A stretch of 64,000 nucleotides of DNA, taken from assembly GCF_002105155.1 (NCBI RefSeq), contig NW_019029002.1:372001-436000 (forward strand), read 5' to 3'. Of this stretch, positions 1 to 13,953 are shown in pieces; positions within the stretch are counted from its first letter, which is position 1; the number at the start of each line of letters is the position of its first letter. The notes beneath the pieces were generated by a model. The model was given only the letters and a program-made list of their open reading frames with translations. It was not told the origin of the DNA and did no database searches. Source of the DNA: Lobosporangium transversale (Eukaryota). Position numbers and translations under genes: made by a program.

Positions 1-135
1 ATGGGTGAACTTGGTCTCTTGGGATCTACTATTCAGGGCTATGGTTGTGCTGGTGTCTCATCTGTCGCATACGGTCTCACTGCCCGTGAGGTTGAGAGGT
101 AAGCCATGTAAACCAGTCCTTCATACCACACAGCT

Positions 136-169
<34 letters not shown>

Positions 170-1289
170 TATTGTTGAACACAAGTGGCATATCCAATGT
201 TTGAAGGTACAAGGAACCGAACTAATACTCACAATGATGATCTATTGACAATACAACAAATTAGAGTTGACAGTGGCTATCGTTCAGCCATGAGTGTCCA
301 GTCTTCGCTAGTCATGCATCCCATTTATGCCTATGGTACTGAGGCTCAGAAGGAGAAGTGGTTACCTCGATTGGGTAAGTGTGCTCCTTGCTACAACTGT
401 ATTTGAAACCGGGATAGTGACATCTATAATCTATTTGTTTATTTATTCATCTATCTCTTCTTTCGTCCGTCTTTTAGCTAAGGGAGAAATAGTTGGATGC
501 TTCGGACTAACTGAGCCCAACCACGGTTCAGACCCTGGTTCTATGGAGACTGTTGCCAAGAAGGTCAATGGCCACTATGTTCTCAGCGGCTCCAAGACCT
601 GGATTACCAACTCACCTATTGCTGATGTGTTTGTTATCTGGGCCAAGGATCAGTCCGATGGCAATAAGATCAAGGGTTTTGTCCTCGAGAAAGGCATGAA
701 AGGTCTCTCTGCTCCCAAAATCGAGGGCAAGTTCTCACTCCGTGCTTCAATCACAGGAATGATCATGATGGATGATGTCGAAGTCCCGGCAGAGAATTTG
801 TTGCCCAATGTTCACGGTCTCAAGGGACCTTTTGGATGTCTCAACAATGCTCGCTTCGGGATTGCGTGGGGCGCACTCGGCGCTGCTGAGTTCTGCTTGG
901 CTCAAGCAAGGGAATACACTCTGAACCGTAAGCAGTTTGGTGTTCCATTGGCTCGCTTCCAATTGATCCAGAAGAAGATGGCCGATGCCAATACAGAGAT
1001 TGCGATTGGTCTCCAAGCATGTTTGCAGGTTGGACGTCTCAAGGATGAGGGCAAGATTGCGCCAGAAATGATCTCAATGATTAAGCGCAATTCGTGTGGA
1101 AAGGCATTGGAAATTGCTAGAAACTCAAGAGATATGTTGGGAGGCAATGGTATCAGCGATGAATACCATATTATTCGCCATGTCATGAACTTGGAGGCCG
1201 TTAATACATACGAGGGTACCCATGATGTCCATGCATTGATCTTGGGTCGTGCCATCACCGGTTTAGCCTCCTTCAGTGCCACTGATTAA
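1..1289 (+). CDS. GCDH: Glutaryl-CoA dehydrogenase (acyl-CoA dehydrogenase family), 5' part outside window; exons ~1-98, 265-374, 478-1289
   Basis: Spliced translation [50 protein letters not shown]...[14 protein letters not shown]...KTWITNSP...RKQFG...[29 protein letters not shown] introns at 99-264 and 375-477. Confidence 0.93.
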
Positions 1290-1453
1290 AAACAACAGAG
1301 AGAAATAGAAACAATACGTTCCTTATCATCATAGCTTAGCTTATTTCATTTGCCACCATGAAATTTGTTTTTTTTTTAAGCCAGTCGCTCCATATTGTGT
1401 TTATTGATAAAAAAAAAAATAGTAATAAAGAGCTCATAGACCTGCTCATTCCT

Positions 1454-2545
1454 TCACTCAGCTCGTTGAGTATCGTCTGATGTTACTTTTTTGAGAGTGA
1501 GTTGCGGTGCGGGTGGAATGGATCCAAGATCCTTTACATAGGGCAAAAAATTAACTTGCGGCCGATAGCCATACATCCGCTTCAAGACGATTTGCCAGAT
1601 AAACACCGGCATGTTTTTCAAGAGAAGCCGCAGGAATGCATTTATAAGGCTCTTCAAAACAAAAACAAAAAAAAAGAAAAAAGAAAAAAAAAGAGATGAA
1701 GCGGACAAAGCTAACAAAGTAAGGAAATATACAGAGTCCCTTTTTCCTTTTTTATTACCTTTCCAAGGATGCGACCCATATAATAGCTAGTATTATATGA
1801 GGTTTTAGAAAGTGGATATCGCTCTTCACGGTACCGTCTGAAGGCTTGAGTGATGCTATTGGGTTCTATATCTGTTAGGTCATAAAGCACATTGGCAAGG
1901 GCCACCGCATCATGAATCGCACTGACGGCTCCAAGGCCACCATTAGGATGCAACTGTTTGGTTATAAAATGCAGGGGTAATATATAAAATATATTATTAT
2001 AAGGAGGATGCTATTCCACATAATTGTTGATCTAATGGGGTTATGCTTTCATGAAACGATTACCTTATGACACGCTAAATAGCAGATGCAAAAAGAGAAT
2101 AAGCAACAAATATATAATATAAAAACTCGAATGAGGATAGATATTAACACATATATATGATGGCTATCATTCTTTCTCTTTCTTTGCTTACCATCACCTA
2201 ATAGTACAGTACGATCACTGTACCAGGTCTCGAACAGTTTTTCTTCAAGCATGACTTTACTGACCAAATCCATATCAGTTATCTTGAACAAATCGCCCAA
2301 AGTCAAACCAGGATAATTTGGCAGTAGGAAATCCTTGAATTGTTCACACATCATCTTTACTGCCTCTGACCTCCACTCGAGGTTATGTTTCCGATCTTTG
2401 GACTTGTCGGAGTCGCTGCTATTACTGTTTCTGTCATCCTTATCAAGGTGCTGGACCAACATCCAACAAATCGTGTTTTGACGTGTTGTAAAGGTCGCCC
2501 ACTACATCAGATCAAAAGAAAGTGGTGTTATTACTTTGAGCACAG

Positions 2546-2578
<33 letters not shown>

Positions 2579-3514
2579 ATTTTACTTACGGTATACGGTT
2601 GGCTATTGGCCTCAATGATATCAACTCTTGAAAGCTCTTCTGAGAGACCCCTAAATTGTTTGCCATCCTTTTCTGGGTTCATAGTTCGTGTTTGCCCCAC
2701 GAAACAGACACTAGTGAACGGTAAATGATCTGAATTCTGATCTGCCTTCGGTAACAGGCCCTTGTGGAGTAATATCTTGTACATTGCCTGACGTATGCTT
2801 GAATATGCGCCATCGGCCCCAACGATTATGCTTCCTTCATAGACAGATTGATCCGCGCACGTTATTGACACTGAATTATGACCATTGTTTTTTTCTTCAA
2901 TAGACAAGACCCGTTTCTGAAGATGTAGCTTATGAGGAGGTATGCCTTGAAGCAAGAGGTCGTAAAGCTGTGGACGGGAGATGACGTAAGGGGGATAACC
3001 TGCCCTATCAAAGAAAATAAATAAGAAAGGGCTTCATGAATTTATTTACAGCGAAAATAGCTATTATTTATCATTCACTACTGCTGTTCTTACATACATA
3101 TCTTTAACTCCAGAAAAATCGCGCACCCAAAATTCATCACTGTTTTCAGAATAGATCCGTGGCAAGTCATAGGGCTTAGCTCTTGCCTGCAGATCTTCAA
3201 GCAATCCGAGCTGCTTGAATAGATAGAACACATTTGCTCCAAGACTCATGGCAGAACCTTAAAAAAGAAGAAGAAAGGAGAGTGTTCAACATGCCTTCAA
3301 TCATTAATATTACACATCACAATGATGGTTCGCTTAAAAGAGTGTTGGCAATGATAAATACATGGTTGTAATTCTTATTACCGAATGGTTTAATAGCAGA
3401 CGCCCGCTCAAATATTGCATAGTCAATGCCTGCACGCTCTAATAGAGTGGCAAGCATAAGGCCCCCTACGCCTGCTCCTACGATTAATACTTTGAAATCT
3501 TTTGGTGGTGGCAT
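1454..3514 (-). CDS. FAD-dependent monooxygenase (FAD_binding_3 / salicylate hydroxylase-like), multi-exon
   Basis: N-terminal VLIVGAGVGGL Rossmann motif, IIVGADGAYSSIR (DG motif), and VLLGD-ACHK-LHPNGGLGAVSAIHDAVALAN (GD motif) assembled across exons including an 11-nt micro-exon at 2064-2074. Confidence 0.88.
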
Positions 3515-3868
3515 AGTACAAAGGGTAGAGATAGAAAGAGAAGGTTATGGAAAAAGCAGGACAAAACTGACATTTATATACTATTTCGGCTTGCCTAGTT
3601 CTAATTGAGATTTTTCTGATCCTGTTACTGTGAGAACTGCGATTATATAATGAGTCCTTACTGCCCTATGTAGTTTTCCATTTGCTCTGAAACTAGGTTT
3701 TTTTTTTTTTTTTTTTTTTTTTTGACAACAAGGGTCAGTTGGAAAGAGAAGTAGGTTTTGAGAAGGCATTTGCATAATGGAAGTAAGGCCTTATACGAAT
3801 CCGATACGAGGGCTTGTGGTTCAGGTTCATTCAATAGGCATCGGAGCATTAAGACAGCCTTTGGTGAC

Positions 3869-3899
<31 letters not shown>

Positions 3900-4246
3900 T
3901 GCCTTTCTAAATTTGGTAAAATGAGTGCCCTCAAGTGGTGACATCCCCACAGAGTCAAATAACCGCGAAGTAAATAAGGAACGACCGAGAGTGAAGCTAC
4001 GGACCGCATATCTAGTGATCATTGCAGCTCTACAATTCATTTCGTCAAACAACGTACATTAACCTCAAGATATATAAAGAAAAAAGACTATTGTTAGACA
4101 AATAGATTGTCGTTCAACTACACCGTATGAAATTATGTATGCGAAAGACTATCTCTCTTCTCGGTTTACTTCATACAGCTATAAAGCCACGTTTACGGAG
4201 GCTAATAGGCTTGGGCTTTTTCAAAAATTACATGTAGCTTTTTACT

Positions 4247-4817
4247 TTAAGCTGCAGGCACAGCGCCATCATTCTTCGAACCTGAAGTAGTGTTCGCGGC
4301 AACAGCTACCGAAGTTGAGCCTATTTGCAATATCTTTTGGCGTTCTTCAGGGGTAGGAATAGATACACCGCCCTGGCGGGCACGGCTCAAAATCTTTTCA
4401 GCCCACTTGACTACTGGCAGGTCGATACTATGAGCAAAATAAATGAAAGGTTAGACGAAAGAATAGAGGGCTTTTTATTTTCTACATCCATATAATAATA
4501 ATAAGACTTACACTTTGCCATTGTAGTTGAATGCTCCGACACCACGTTTTGAATACTCTTGGTACCCTTCGCTGATATCAGCGGCTCTAGCAATCTCTAT
4601 AATAACCAGTGAGTAGTGTCTGTGTCAGAAATGAAAAACTCCTAAAACGCATGCAAATTTCTACAACTTTCGTACTAACCATGATCTGTGGGCAAGAAAC
4701 AGCGTTGGATGATGTCAAGTTGACGGGGATGGACAGCCTGCTTGCCCAAGAACCCCATCCTGCGTCCAAATTCGCACTCTTCCCGCAGGACTTCATCGTT
4801 TTTATAATCCATGCAGA

Positions 4818-4853
<36 letters not shown>

Positions 4854-6264
4854 ATAATAATAATAATAATAATAATAATAATTGGTTGATTATTATGTTA
4901 GAGTTCGGAGCCCAATTACGTTTCCTAACATATTTCCTTTGAAGATGTTCAAACTCTACCAGATCAATAGCTTGAAGACCATAGGCATGTGCTGCTGTGA
5001 CGAGTGCTGAGCGACCGTAAAGCATTTCTGTACCCTCGCGTGTTCTTGTCAGACCCATGTCCGCACAATAGTCTTCAGCGGCGAACTATTTCCAAATAGC
5101 CAAAAAGCCAAAAAGCCAACAAAAAAAAAGACCATATGAATGTTCGACCTCATAAATTCCAAGCCTAATCAGGATCGTTGCATGTGAGTCCAAACGTTCC
5201 ATTGCCCCTATTCTGACGTACCACTAATGCATCTACACGAGGATCTGATGTTGCAATCTCTTTGAGATTCATAATACCAAGAGCGCTCTCAATTGAGGCA
5301 ATAATCCGGACATTTTTACGCCTATCACAGATAAAAATGTATTTTTTTATTTTTTGTTTTTTAAATAACAGGTCCAAGATATGTTTATTATATGTACACC
5401 ATACTAGTCAAAGAAAAACGAAATAAATAAAAAATAAAAAGACTTACGTGATAAATGGAGCGACACTATCAACCATTTGGCTTACAAATTGAACATCCTT
5501 GGCTGATTGAACCTTAGGAATCACAATTGCTTGCAACCTGCTGGATCGAAGCTATTTGCGAAAATGAGAGAGAGACATTGTGCTCCGTTGTGAGCCTTAT
5601 TGTTTTCTTTATCCGCGTTTGTGCAGTGATAAAACCCAAATGCACATGCAAGCACATCCGAGCATGAAAAAAATTTATATCGTACCACAACGTTTAGATC
5701 ATCAAACTCCAGGCCTGAACCGACCGCATTGATGCGAACTGCCTTCTCAGCCTTTCGGTGCTCGGATGCTTCCAACGCATCGAAAACCATCTCACGAGCA
5801 ATGTTCTTGCGGTTATGAGCTACACCATCTTCCAAATCGTAGACCAGACAGTCGGCTGCTAATGATAAGGAGGACTTGAGTTTTCTTTCATCGCTTCCAG
5901 GGACTAATCACGAATAAGTAATCACCAAATGAGCAGCCATCGAACTATTTTGGTTAGTCATGAAAATGCTTTTTTTTTTTTTTTTTTTTTTTTCGCCATA
6001 GTTTACTTGTCATCCAATCGCTATCATAAACGGAGACAATTACCATAAAAAATAGATCTCCGGATTCGTTTTTCTGACTCTGTATCCAGCACATTTGCTC
6101 CTGGACCAAGCCCAATGCCGCCGCTTGTCGACAAAGTGGATGTAGGTGGTGAGGTGACAGAGGCGGATGTTACCGTAGAACTCGTTGGTGAAATTGGTTT
6201 GTCAGTCGCGAATAATGCGGAGCTGGAACTCAGATATCGACTCCTGTGAGCTACTGCGACAACT

Positions 6265-6302
<38 letters not shown>

Positions 6303-6571
6303 GATCAGCAAAAAAAAAAAAGCAATAGAAATTAGAACACGGTCGTGATTGTGCTTTGTCTCAATGTCAAGCTTTTACATTTCAACTACGAACTGTTTCA
6401 CGAATAATGTTCTTCCATGGTCCTGCGTTCAAGAAAGGCGCCTTCAGGACGTTGTTCTGCTGATAAACACCGTCTTTAACCTCCATTTGCTTGACTAAAC
6501 CTACCCTGACTTGCATTAAACCTTCTGTAAAATGCATTGTACGAAGGACTAATCCTGAATGCAGTAAACAT
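4247..6571 (-). CDS. Citrate lyase beta-like / HpcH-HpaI aldolase family protein (CLYBL/CitE-like), mitochondrial, multi-exon
   Basis: Exon 1 (6571-6505) reads MFTAFRISPSYNAFYRRFNASQ, which looks like a presequence. Later exons give RRSIFY, DCLVYDLEDGVA, AVRINAVGSG, IASIESALG, FAAEDYCADMG, GFLGKQAVHPRQ and IDLPVVKWAEKIL. Stop TAA at 4247-4249. Confidence 0.85.
4853..4882. repeat. (AAT)10 microsatellite in a CLYBL-like intron, next to a T27 run
   Basis: Direct reading of the sequence. Confidence 0.95.
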
Positions 6572-6801
6572 GACGTTAATGGCGAGAAATGGACCAGGAG
6601 AAGCAAAGTGACAAAAAAGAAGCGAAATTGGGGTAGAGGCGCGTGGCAGCGCTTGTCACGTGTCAAAAGAGCGAAGACGCCACCAAATTCCCAAAAGGAG
6701 AATCAGGGCCGAAGTACAGTCACACTTGTACACACACAAATAAAAAAGGCACCTCGGACACAGTATGCACTTGTAAGTTGCAACCACTCACTGAAATCAC
6801 A
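6572..6801. promoter_or_regulatory. Probable bidirectional promoter between two divergent mitochondrial-protein genes
   Basis: Only 230 bp separate the inferred ATG of the CLYBL-like gene (6571, -) and RSM22 (6802, +). Contains a GTCACGTG E-box near 6655-6662. Confidence 0.55.
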
Positions 6802-9728
6802 ATGGCAACTCGGCATCTCACACGCAAAACCGCTGTTCATGTCGACTCACTCACATGCCGTCTTGGGGCTCTGTCATTCGCGCCCCAAGCGGGTCGTCGC
6901 TGTTATGCCAGAGCTCGGTCTAAAATTCCGAGGATTTCTACTTCGGCCATATCATCTGATAGCTCTCCTTCACGCAGTAAACCTCCGTCCGGAGCATCCC
7001 ATTCTCAGTCCTCAAAGGCTAGCAATACTAGCGTTGAGGCCACAGCCGCAGAGCTTCTGAAAAGCTTCGATTCGCAGGCTGCACAAAATATCCATCTACC
7101 TTTTATTTCCAATCTGAAAGTGCCTCAAGTACAACAGATCGAGAGTGTGCAAGAGTATGACCCAAATATGGTAATATTTTTGGATAAACATGGAAAGGCG
7201 ACTATGATCCCCCATGATGACAGAGTCACTGGCCAAACTCGGGAAGAATATGAGGTATCGTCGATTTCAGAGGCGAGTGTGACTGAAAGCATGCAAGCGC
7301 ATCAACGTGGATCAAAGGAAATGGAGTACGGCCGTAAGCGCATCGGGCAGGTTGAGATGCCCATCGATATTCAGGATGCTATTCGTGCAGTGCTCGGTGG
7401 TAAGCGAACAATTTTGATAGCATATTCAGTGGTTTCCATATCGGTTGTTGTTCTTATATGTTCTTATCGAGAAAAAAAAAAAAAGAAAAAAGAAAAAAGT
7501 TATTGAGACGCTTGAAACAGACTACGATAGATCTTTAATTAGGACAGACGCACTTAGACTGTATGGGTCGCTTCGCTCAACTGGAACATTAGAGGGCAAT
7601 GATCTGGTTGAAACCCAAACAAAAAGTAAGCAAATGCAGAAATTATTAGCTGCTCAAAGAATAGAATTCCCTCATCCGAGTCAGTTAGTTATCTCTAAAC
7701 ATGTGAATAACCGTCATGCTTTTGTTGATTTCTAGGGATGAAAAGTGGATCGGCGAGCATAAGGAGGAAAGATGATAAATTAGTCCCAGCGCACATCCTG
7801 GAATATGGTCACCGAGAGTCCACTGCCTACATTGCCGCAGTCGCACCTACAACCTACAGTGCAATCGTAAATGTGCTTGAGGAAGTACGCCGACGTCTAC
7901 CAGCCCTTGATCCCAAGTCAGTACTGGACTTCGGAACCGGACCAGGAACGGCAATTTGGTATGAACAAAAAAGGAAAATAATATCATCCGCTTTTACGAT
8001 CACGGGAGTCATAGGAAATTTAGATTATTTCACAACGTCCGATTACTAACTCGTTACTTTCATGTCTTAGGGCTGCGAATGATGTTTGGAAAACATCCAT
8101 AGAATATACAGGAATTGATGTGTCATTAGACATGTTGGAGACTGGAGAGAAGATCTTGGCAGCTATGTCTGCAAATGGCAAACCAATTCCAAATGTCGCC
8201 TTCAAATCCTTTGCCTCACATGGATCACAGGCCCAAAAGCATGATGTTGTTATTAGCGCATTCGCTCTGAGTGAACTTACAACAACTGCGCTTCGTCGTT
8301 CCACATTAGAACATCTTTGGGATTCCACAAATGATATTTTGGTATGATTTTAAGGATCATGGACTACGACGAACCAAAATGGATATAATAAAATTGGCAC
8401 TGGTATTCATTATGGCAGGACAGATATTGATTTAAAATCCGCTCTACTTGAAATCACTTTCTAGATTCTAATTGATCGTGGCACACCTAGCGGCTTCAAG
8501 ATCCTGGCAGAGGCGAGGGAGCAGATTCTAGGACTGGATCTTGATCGATTGAAGCCAAAGCCTACATATGATACATATGGAAACTTGATACCGCCAGAGG
8601 AGCCCCAAAGACCAGAGGCAGGCTATGTCGTGGCGCCTGTAAGTCACTACTTTACTTCCCATAAGCAGTTTATTACTTGTAATGGAGGAAGTCTGAGCCC
8701 TTTTTGAGATGGAAAACTAAACTTTTGTGTTTATTTTTATATTTCATTTTAAAAAAGTGCCCTCATGATAAGCTTTGTCCAATGTATGCGTCTTTGTCCC
8801 ATGACTCACAATGGTGTCACTTTTCACAAAAAGTGCAACGGCCTGATTTTTTGGTAAGTTTTCTATTATTTTTATAGTAATATCTGGAATATTTGGAAAC
8901 GAGTGCCCTTGCCGTTCGTCTTGACAGTTATGTTGCCTTCACTAACCTATCGCTTTCTTGCGCTTACACGTCTAGCGTAAGACAAAGCATACAAAAGAAA
9001 ACTACGAGGACTCGAAGTATACATATGTGGTCCTGCGCAAAGGCACACGTCCAGTCTACATGCCTCCAGCACAAACACTGATACCATCTGATCCGCCGTC
9101 AATACAATCCTCCGACTCACACAACACAAGTGATGCTCCTATTAATGAGACAGTAAAGTCTAGTGGAGGAATTGACCAAAAAGTTGCTGAAACAAACGCT
9201 GGAAAGAAGAAAAAGGTTAAAAAGCAGCCACCACCGCCTCCAGTATCATATGACAATGCTGAAGACATGCAGGCTGCGTCGCACTCCTGGCCTCGGATAG
9301 TGATCCCACCACTCAAGAGAGATGGACACGTGGTCATGGACACTTGTGCTGCGAGCGGGTTTCTAGAACGAATCATCATCCCAAAATCACAGGGCAAGAT
9401 CCCATACAGAGATGCACGCAAGGCCATGTGGGGAGATTTATTCCCGCACGAGCCCAAGAATAGACCAGTGCGGAAAGATATTGTGGAAAATGTCAGTGAT
9501 GGACAAGATAGTGGTAGCGGCGCTAAACCAGAGGATGATATTGAAGGCAAGAAGTTGAAACAGAGGCGAGGCCCGTTAAACACAGGTGGTCCAGGAATGC
9601 TGGAGCGGATGAAACATAAGGAGAAGAAGCAGAGCAGGCAGAAAGTGACATTAGAAGCAGATGGGTCGGCAAGTAGTCGGAAGAATAGGAGGAGGAACGA
9701 GGAGGACGATATCATCCTTGAGCTTTAA
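6802..9728 (+). CDS. RSM22: Mitochondrial small ribosomal subunit assembly methyltransferase Rsm22 / METTL17, multi-exon
   Basis: Arg/Ser-rich presequence MATRHLTRK; SVLDFGTGPGTAIW SAM motif; VISAFALSEL; LIDRGTPSGF; VAPCPHD..CPM...CHFSQKVQRP; WPRIVIPPLKRDGHVVMDTC...YRDARKAMWGDLFP. Confidence 0.9.
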
Positions 9729-9969
9729 TTGATTTTCATCTACTGTATCATAAATTGTTTGCATTCTAACTCTTCACGCACACACTCTTATGCTTATAAT
9801 CTCCATACATCTCTCTTATTATAAATTTTTTTTTATTCTCAATTTCAATGGATTACATGACCACGTAATAACTGACGGTTGAAGAGAAAGACATTCAGAT
9901 TTAAATTGCTCTTTTTATTACAAAGCAGCATGGTTTCTGGTAGCTTTTCTCAATATATTATAAATTGAT

Positions 9970-12900
9970 CTAAAATTTAACAAATTTGACCAATGGTGCC
10001 TTCTTACGGAGCGCCTGTATCATAGGTTTAGGGACCTCTACGTCATGACTTCCATGCGCATCAAACTTAGTATTTTGAAGTTTTAAGAGTCGCAGTGGTG
10101 ATGCTCGCTTTTTAATTGTTTGAATTACATCAATCAAAAGTTGGAGTTGGTCCAAATCAAAATTGGTATCTGCAAAATCGAGTTCTTCAAGAGCTGTGTA
10201 ATCAATCGCTTTGAGTATCGTTTCCCAGTCCTGAGGCTGGAACTTCGTGTTTGTGATGAAGATTTTTTCAAGCGGGACCCATGGTCGAAGTTCTTGAGTG
10301 AGAGGCTTCGCGAGTCCAGCTGATGTTTCTACCACCAAGCTCGCATTGAGTGTTCGCCGCGATAGTGCTGTTGTCGAGGTGGAGTCATTGTTCTGTTCTG
10401 AATCAGCATTATTTGCCGCTGTAGCCGTTGAAGGTGGGCCCATGACCATGTTGGTGATCCACTGAATAAGATTTTCAGGAGCCATAGAGTCCTTAGAAGA
10501 AAGGTTGAGTTTTAAATTTACCAGCGCTGGCACATTATGTCGTGTCGGGACAGCTTTTAGTAGCTTGGCAACCCACTCCGGATCTCCTAACTTGAGCATT
10601 GCGAGCTCTGTGGTTCGTTTCGCGTACTGCTGAAGGATCCTCTCGGCTCGATCCTGATTCTCTGGTACGTCCAGCTTGGCGAAATACAGTTGGAGTCGAC
10701 TCAAATTAGGTGAGCGCTCAATGATTTGACCTAGCTTGTCTCCGCCCTCAGCTGTTAGCGCAAGGTCTTCTATTTCGATCGCAACCAGCTTTGACCCCTG
10801 TGCTTTAGTTACTTCGTCCAGGATACTGGCATGACTGTCTTTAAATGGAAGGTCAATCACTAACCGCTCGACCATGGATCCGTATCGAGTCAGAACACTA
10901 CCCAATGGGTCCGCAGGATGGCCCCGTTCGAAATTGGTCGTATTAAGCTTCGTCACCACAAATGTGCCAGCACTCTCCATGTTAACTGCATTATTATTTT
11001 CGTCACTGAAAACGTATTCAAGCGAAAGGATTGGATTGCTTCCCGATGATAACTTCAAGGTTCGGAGGCTTGTGTGGCCTACATCGGCCACCATCTTCAT
11101 CCTGACAGCGGATATTAGCTGGATACGTTCGAGAGCCTGACTACTACCCTGACAGTCGATATCGATTTCCGACACGTTCGGATTAAGTCGCAAAATCTCA
11201 ATCCATAAGTCTTCAGTAAATTCTTGGACCCGTTTAGTTATCACCTTGGTAAGAAGTCCACGCTTGAGGAACTCCTGCTCTTTTGCTACGACCCCAGCCA
11301 ATGGATCAAGGGTTCGCAGGGAAGTTGCGTGAATCTTGCCTCTAAACAACTTAAAGATGGCATGAATGTCCATTTGAACAACCTTCAATTGGTCCAATGT
11401 GGGAATAAGGCCAATATGGCCCATCAAAAAATCGATCGTCGGACAAAAGTGTTTGGACCAGAGCGTCAATCTTGCAAGGGCTGGACAGCTCTTGAGGATC
11501 CTCGTCAAAAGTGATCTCGAAGCTTTGTTTGTAGCGTCAAAGTCGGAGCCAAGAGCAAGGCTTCTAACCTGTGGTGCCATTCCCAAGGGGGTTGAGGACA
11601 CATGTGCATAAAAGTCCTTAAAATCAGCTATCTCCAGTGATTGGATGCGTCGATTCTGCAAAAGCTGAACGATCGGATCATACCGACGACCATTATTGAA
11701 GAAGTCACGAGCGGAGTTTTCAAAATAATTGCCATAGAGTTTGAGATTTGTAATATTGGCATCTGACACAATTTGTGCAAGCTGACGAAGATCATTCAGA
11801 GTTGCATCCCAAGCTATTCCAATCTCCAGGGTCTGGATACCTCGCATTTTGAGTAAGTTATCATAGAAATCTCCTGACAAAGCCTTTTGTCGAAGCGTGA
11901 GGTAAACCTTTGTGTCATCTTCGTCAAAGACTGCTCTATGCGAGATAAGTGAATCCTTTATCTGTTGCAAGGTTGCTGATCGATAGTTCTCGCGGTAATG
12001 ATCAATGCATACCCACTTGACTTTGCCTTCTGTTGTCACTATCCTATACAGGTTACCAAGGACTCGTCCTTCGTCATGAACAGAAAGGAAAGACTCTAGC
12101 TGTCGAAGATCTGCTCCCTCCAGCGCCTCTACATCGTCCAGCCTGCTTTGTCCATCCTCCAAATCCATTCCTCCATCTGCGTTGGCAAATTGGCTATTGA
12201 TGATGTTAATGGTTTCGTCAACTAGTGACCCTATGCTTTCGTTAGCTATATCAAGGCTCCCCTTGATAGCCTCAACACCATCCACCAGGCCTGTGTGTGC
12301 AAGAGGTGGTACAACCACCCCAGCCACCGCAAATCCAAACTTGATCATCTCCATCATCGTTAGCACATAAGGTCCATATTTCTGGAAGAACTCCGTAGGT
12401 CGCTCGATATCGTATCCTTCATGCTTTGCCAGATGGATTTCATGTGATATCTTGCTGTTCTCTGTCATTGTATGCTTGCCACACTCACAGAGGAAGAACA
12501 GTCGGAACTGGTTCGAGAATGGGTTCATGAGAGCATCACGCCGTCGAGCAGGCTTTGGAAGGACAATAAATAGATGTGGAATGGGATACTCGTGTAGCTC
12601 GTATGTCTGACTGAGCACAGCTTGGATACGGTTCTGGATCAGTGCGAGTCGTCCCAATGCCTCTTCCTGCATCCGAATCATCTTTTCAGACTTTTCTTCA
12701 AATGATTTCTTCATGGAGATCTGTTGGTCCATGATCCGCTGCTGCCATTGCTGGGTTTCTTCTTGTCCCTTCAGCATGAGTTCCTTGGCTTCCTTTTGTT
12801 TTGCATACACTCGTTCCTGAAGCTCGTTACTCTTTTGGACCTCAATCTGGAGACGCTCATAGTAATATCGCACTGACCGCATGAGTTCCTCAGCCTGCAG

Positions 12901-13741
12901 CTCCTGTCCTGTGAGGATAGTTTGGATCTGAGAGCTCTGCGACTGTTGGCGCTGTGTGGCAGTGCGGAGAGATATCTGAGAATTTGATTTTACAATTGCT
13001 GTCTCAGTCGTCATGCTTGCAGTTGAAATGGTTGTAGAAATAATATCAGAAGTAGTCGATGGAGTGATGAGAGTAGTGTGGTCAAGGACCTGGACAGCGT
13101 TGTCATCATTGAAAGTGGGCAGGCAGGACGTTTGAGAAGAATGGATGACTGAGGGTGTTTGCTCCACTTCCCCACTAGTTTTCTTAAGTGACACGAGAGC
13201 CATATCGTCAATACTAGGGACAAAACCGTAACCCGAGTCATACTTAGGAGCAGGCAAGATGATATCGAGAACTTCGCCTGGATGGTGAGGGATCCGCTTC
13301 GGAGCAAGGCTGGTACGAGTCGGGGGAACAGGTCATAGAAAGATTAACAGGTAAATAAAAGTAATTAAATTTTGAGTGTCAGAGCCTCCATTGGCTTCAG
13401 CTTGCAGTATCTAATTTATCCTATTTGCAGACCACTTCCCTCTCCATCAACACCTAATGTGGATACAACATAGATACATACTATTCAAAATTATCATTAG
13501 TGAGGAAGAGGATAGCGCGATCTCCATTGACAACGCGCTCAGCTTTTGGGAATTGGCTCACGATATCATTCCAGAGAATGACTCGCTGACCAGACTTTGG
13601 ATCGAGTCGAGTGGGGATAATGCGTAGTTTCGCAGAAGATTTTGGTGATGATAGCTGAGGTCCTCGAGGGAACGAGGGGCGAGGACGAAACGCTTGTGAG
13701 GGGTGGTCAAGGTCGGTGGCGATAGCGACAGTAGTAGCCAT
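9970..13741 (-). CDS. Lineage-specific header / coiled-coil / Cys-His conserved domain / LRR(RNI)-like protein, paralog A; exon 1 13741-13482, exon 2 13309-9970
   Basis: The 86-aa ORF joins the 1095-aa ORF through a GTATGT...CCAG intron, giving ...FLTNDNFEYLAPKRIPHHPGEVLDIILP.... LxxLxL repeats fill the C-terminal half. Strong similarity to the adjacent gene. Confidence 0.85.
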
Positions 13742-13953
13742 GGTGAATTCTCTTTGTCTGCCTATCAGTCTGTTTGTCCCTTTGTCCGTCTCTTTGGTTG
13801 TCTGCTTTTCAATCTCTTCCGTCAGTGCTGTGCCTACTCAGGCCAGGTTGAATTGTAGGGAAATGAATAGGGCGGGCGAAAGTACAAAGAACTGAAGTTA
13901 GAAGGAAAGGAAAGAAAGCAGAAAGATGGTGTGTTTGCATGGGGAAATACCCA

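Noticed and set aside
9056..9715. Long antisense ORFs (e.g. 9056-9715, 50390-51055, 59675-60112)
   Set aside because: They are shadows of well-supported genes on the opposite strand and have no recognisable domains.
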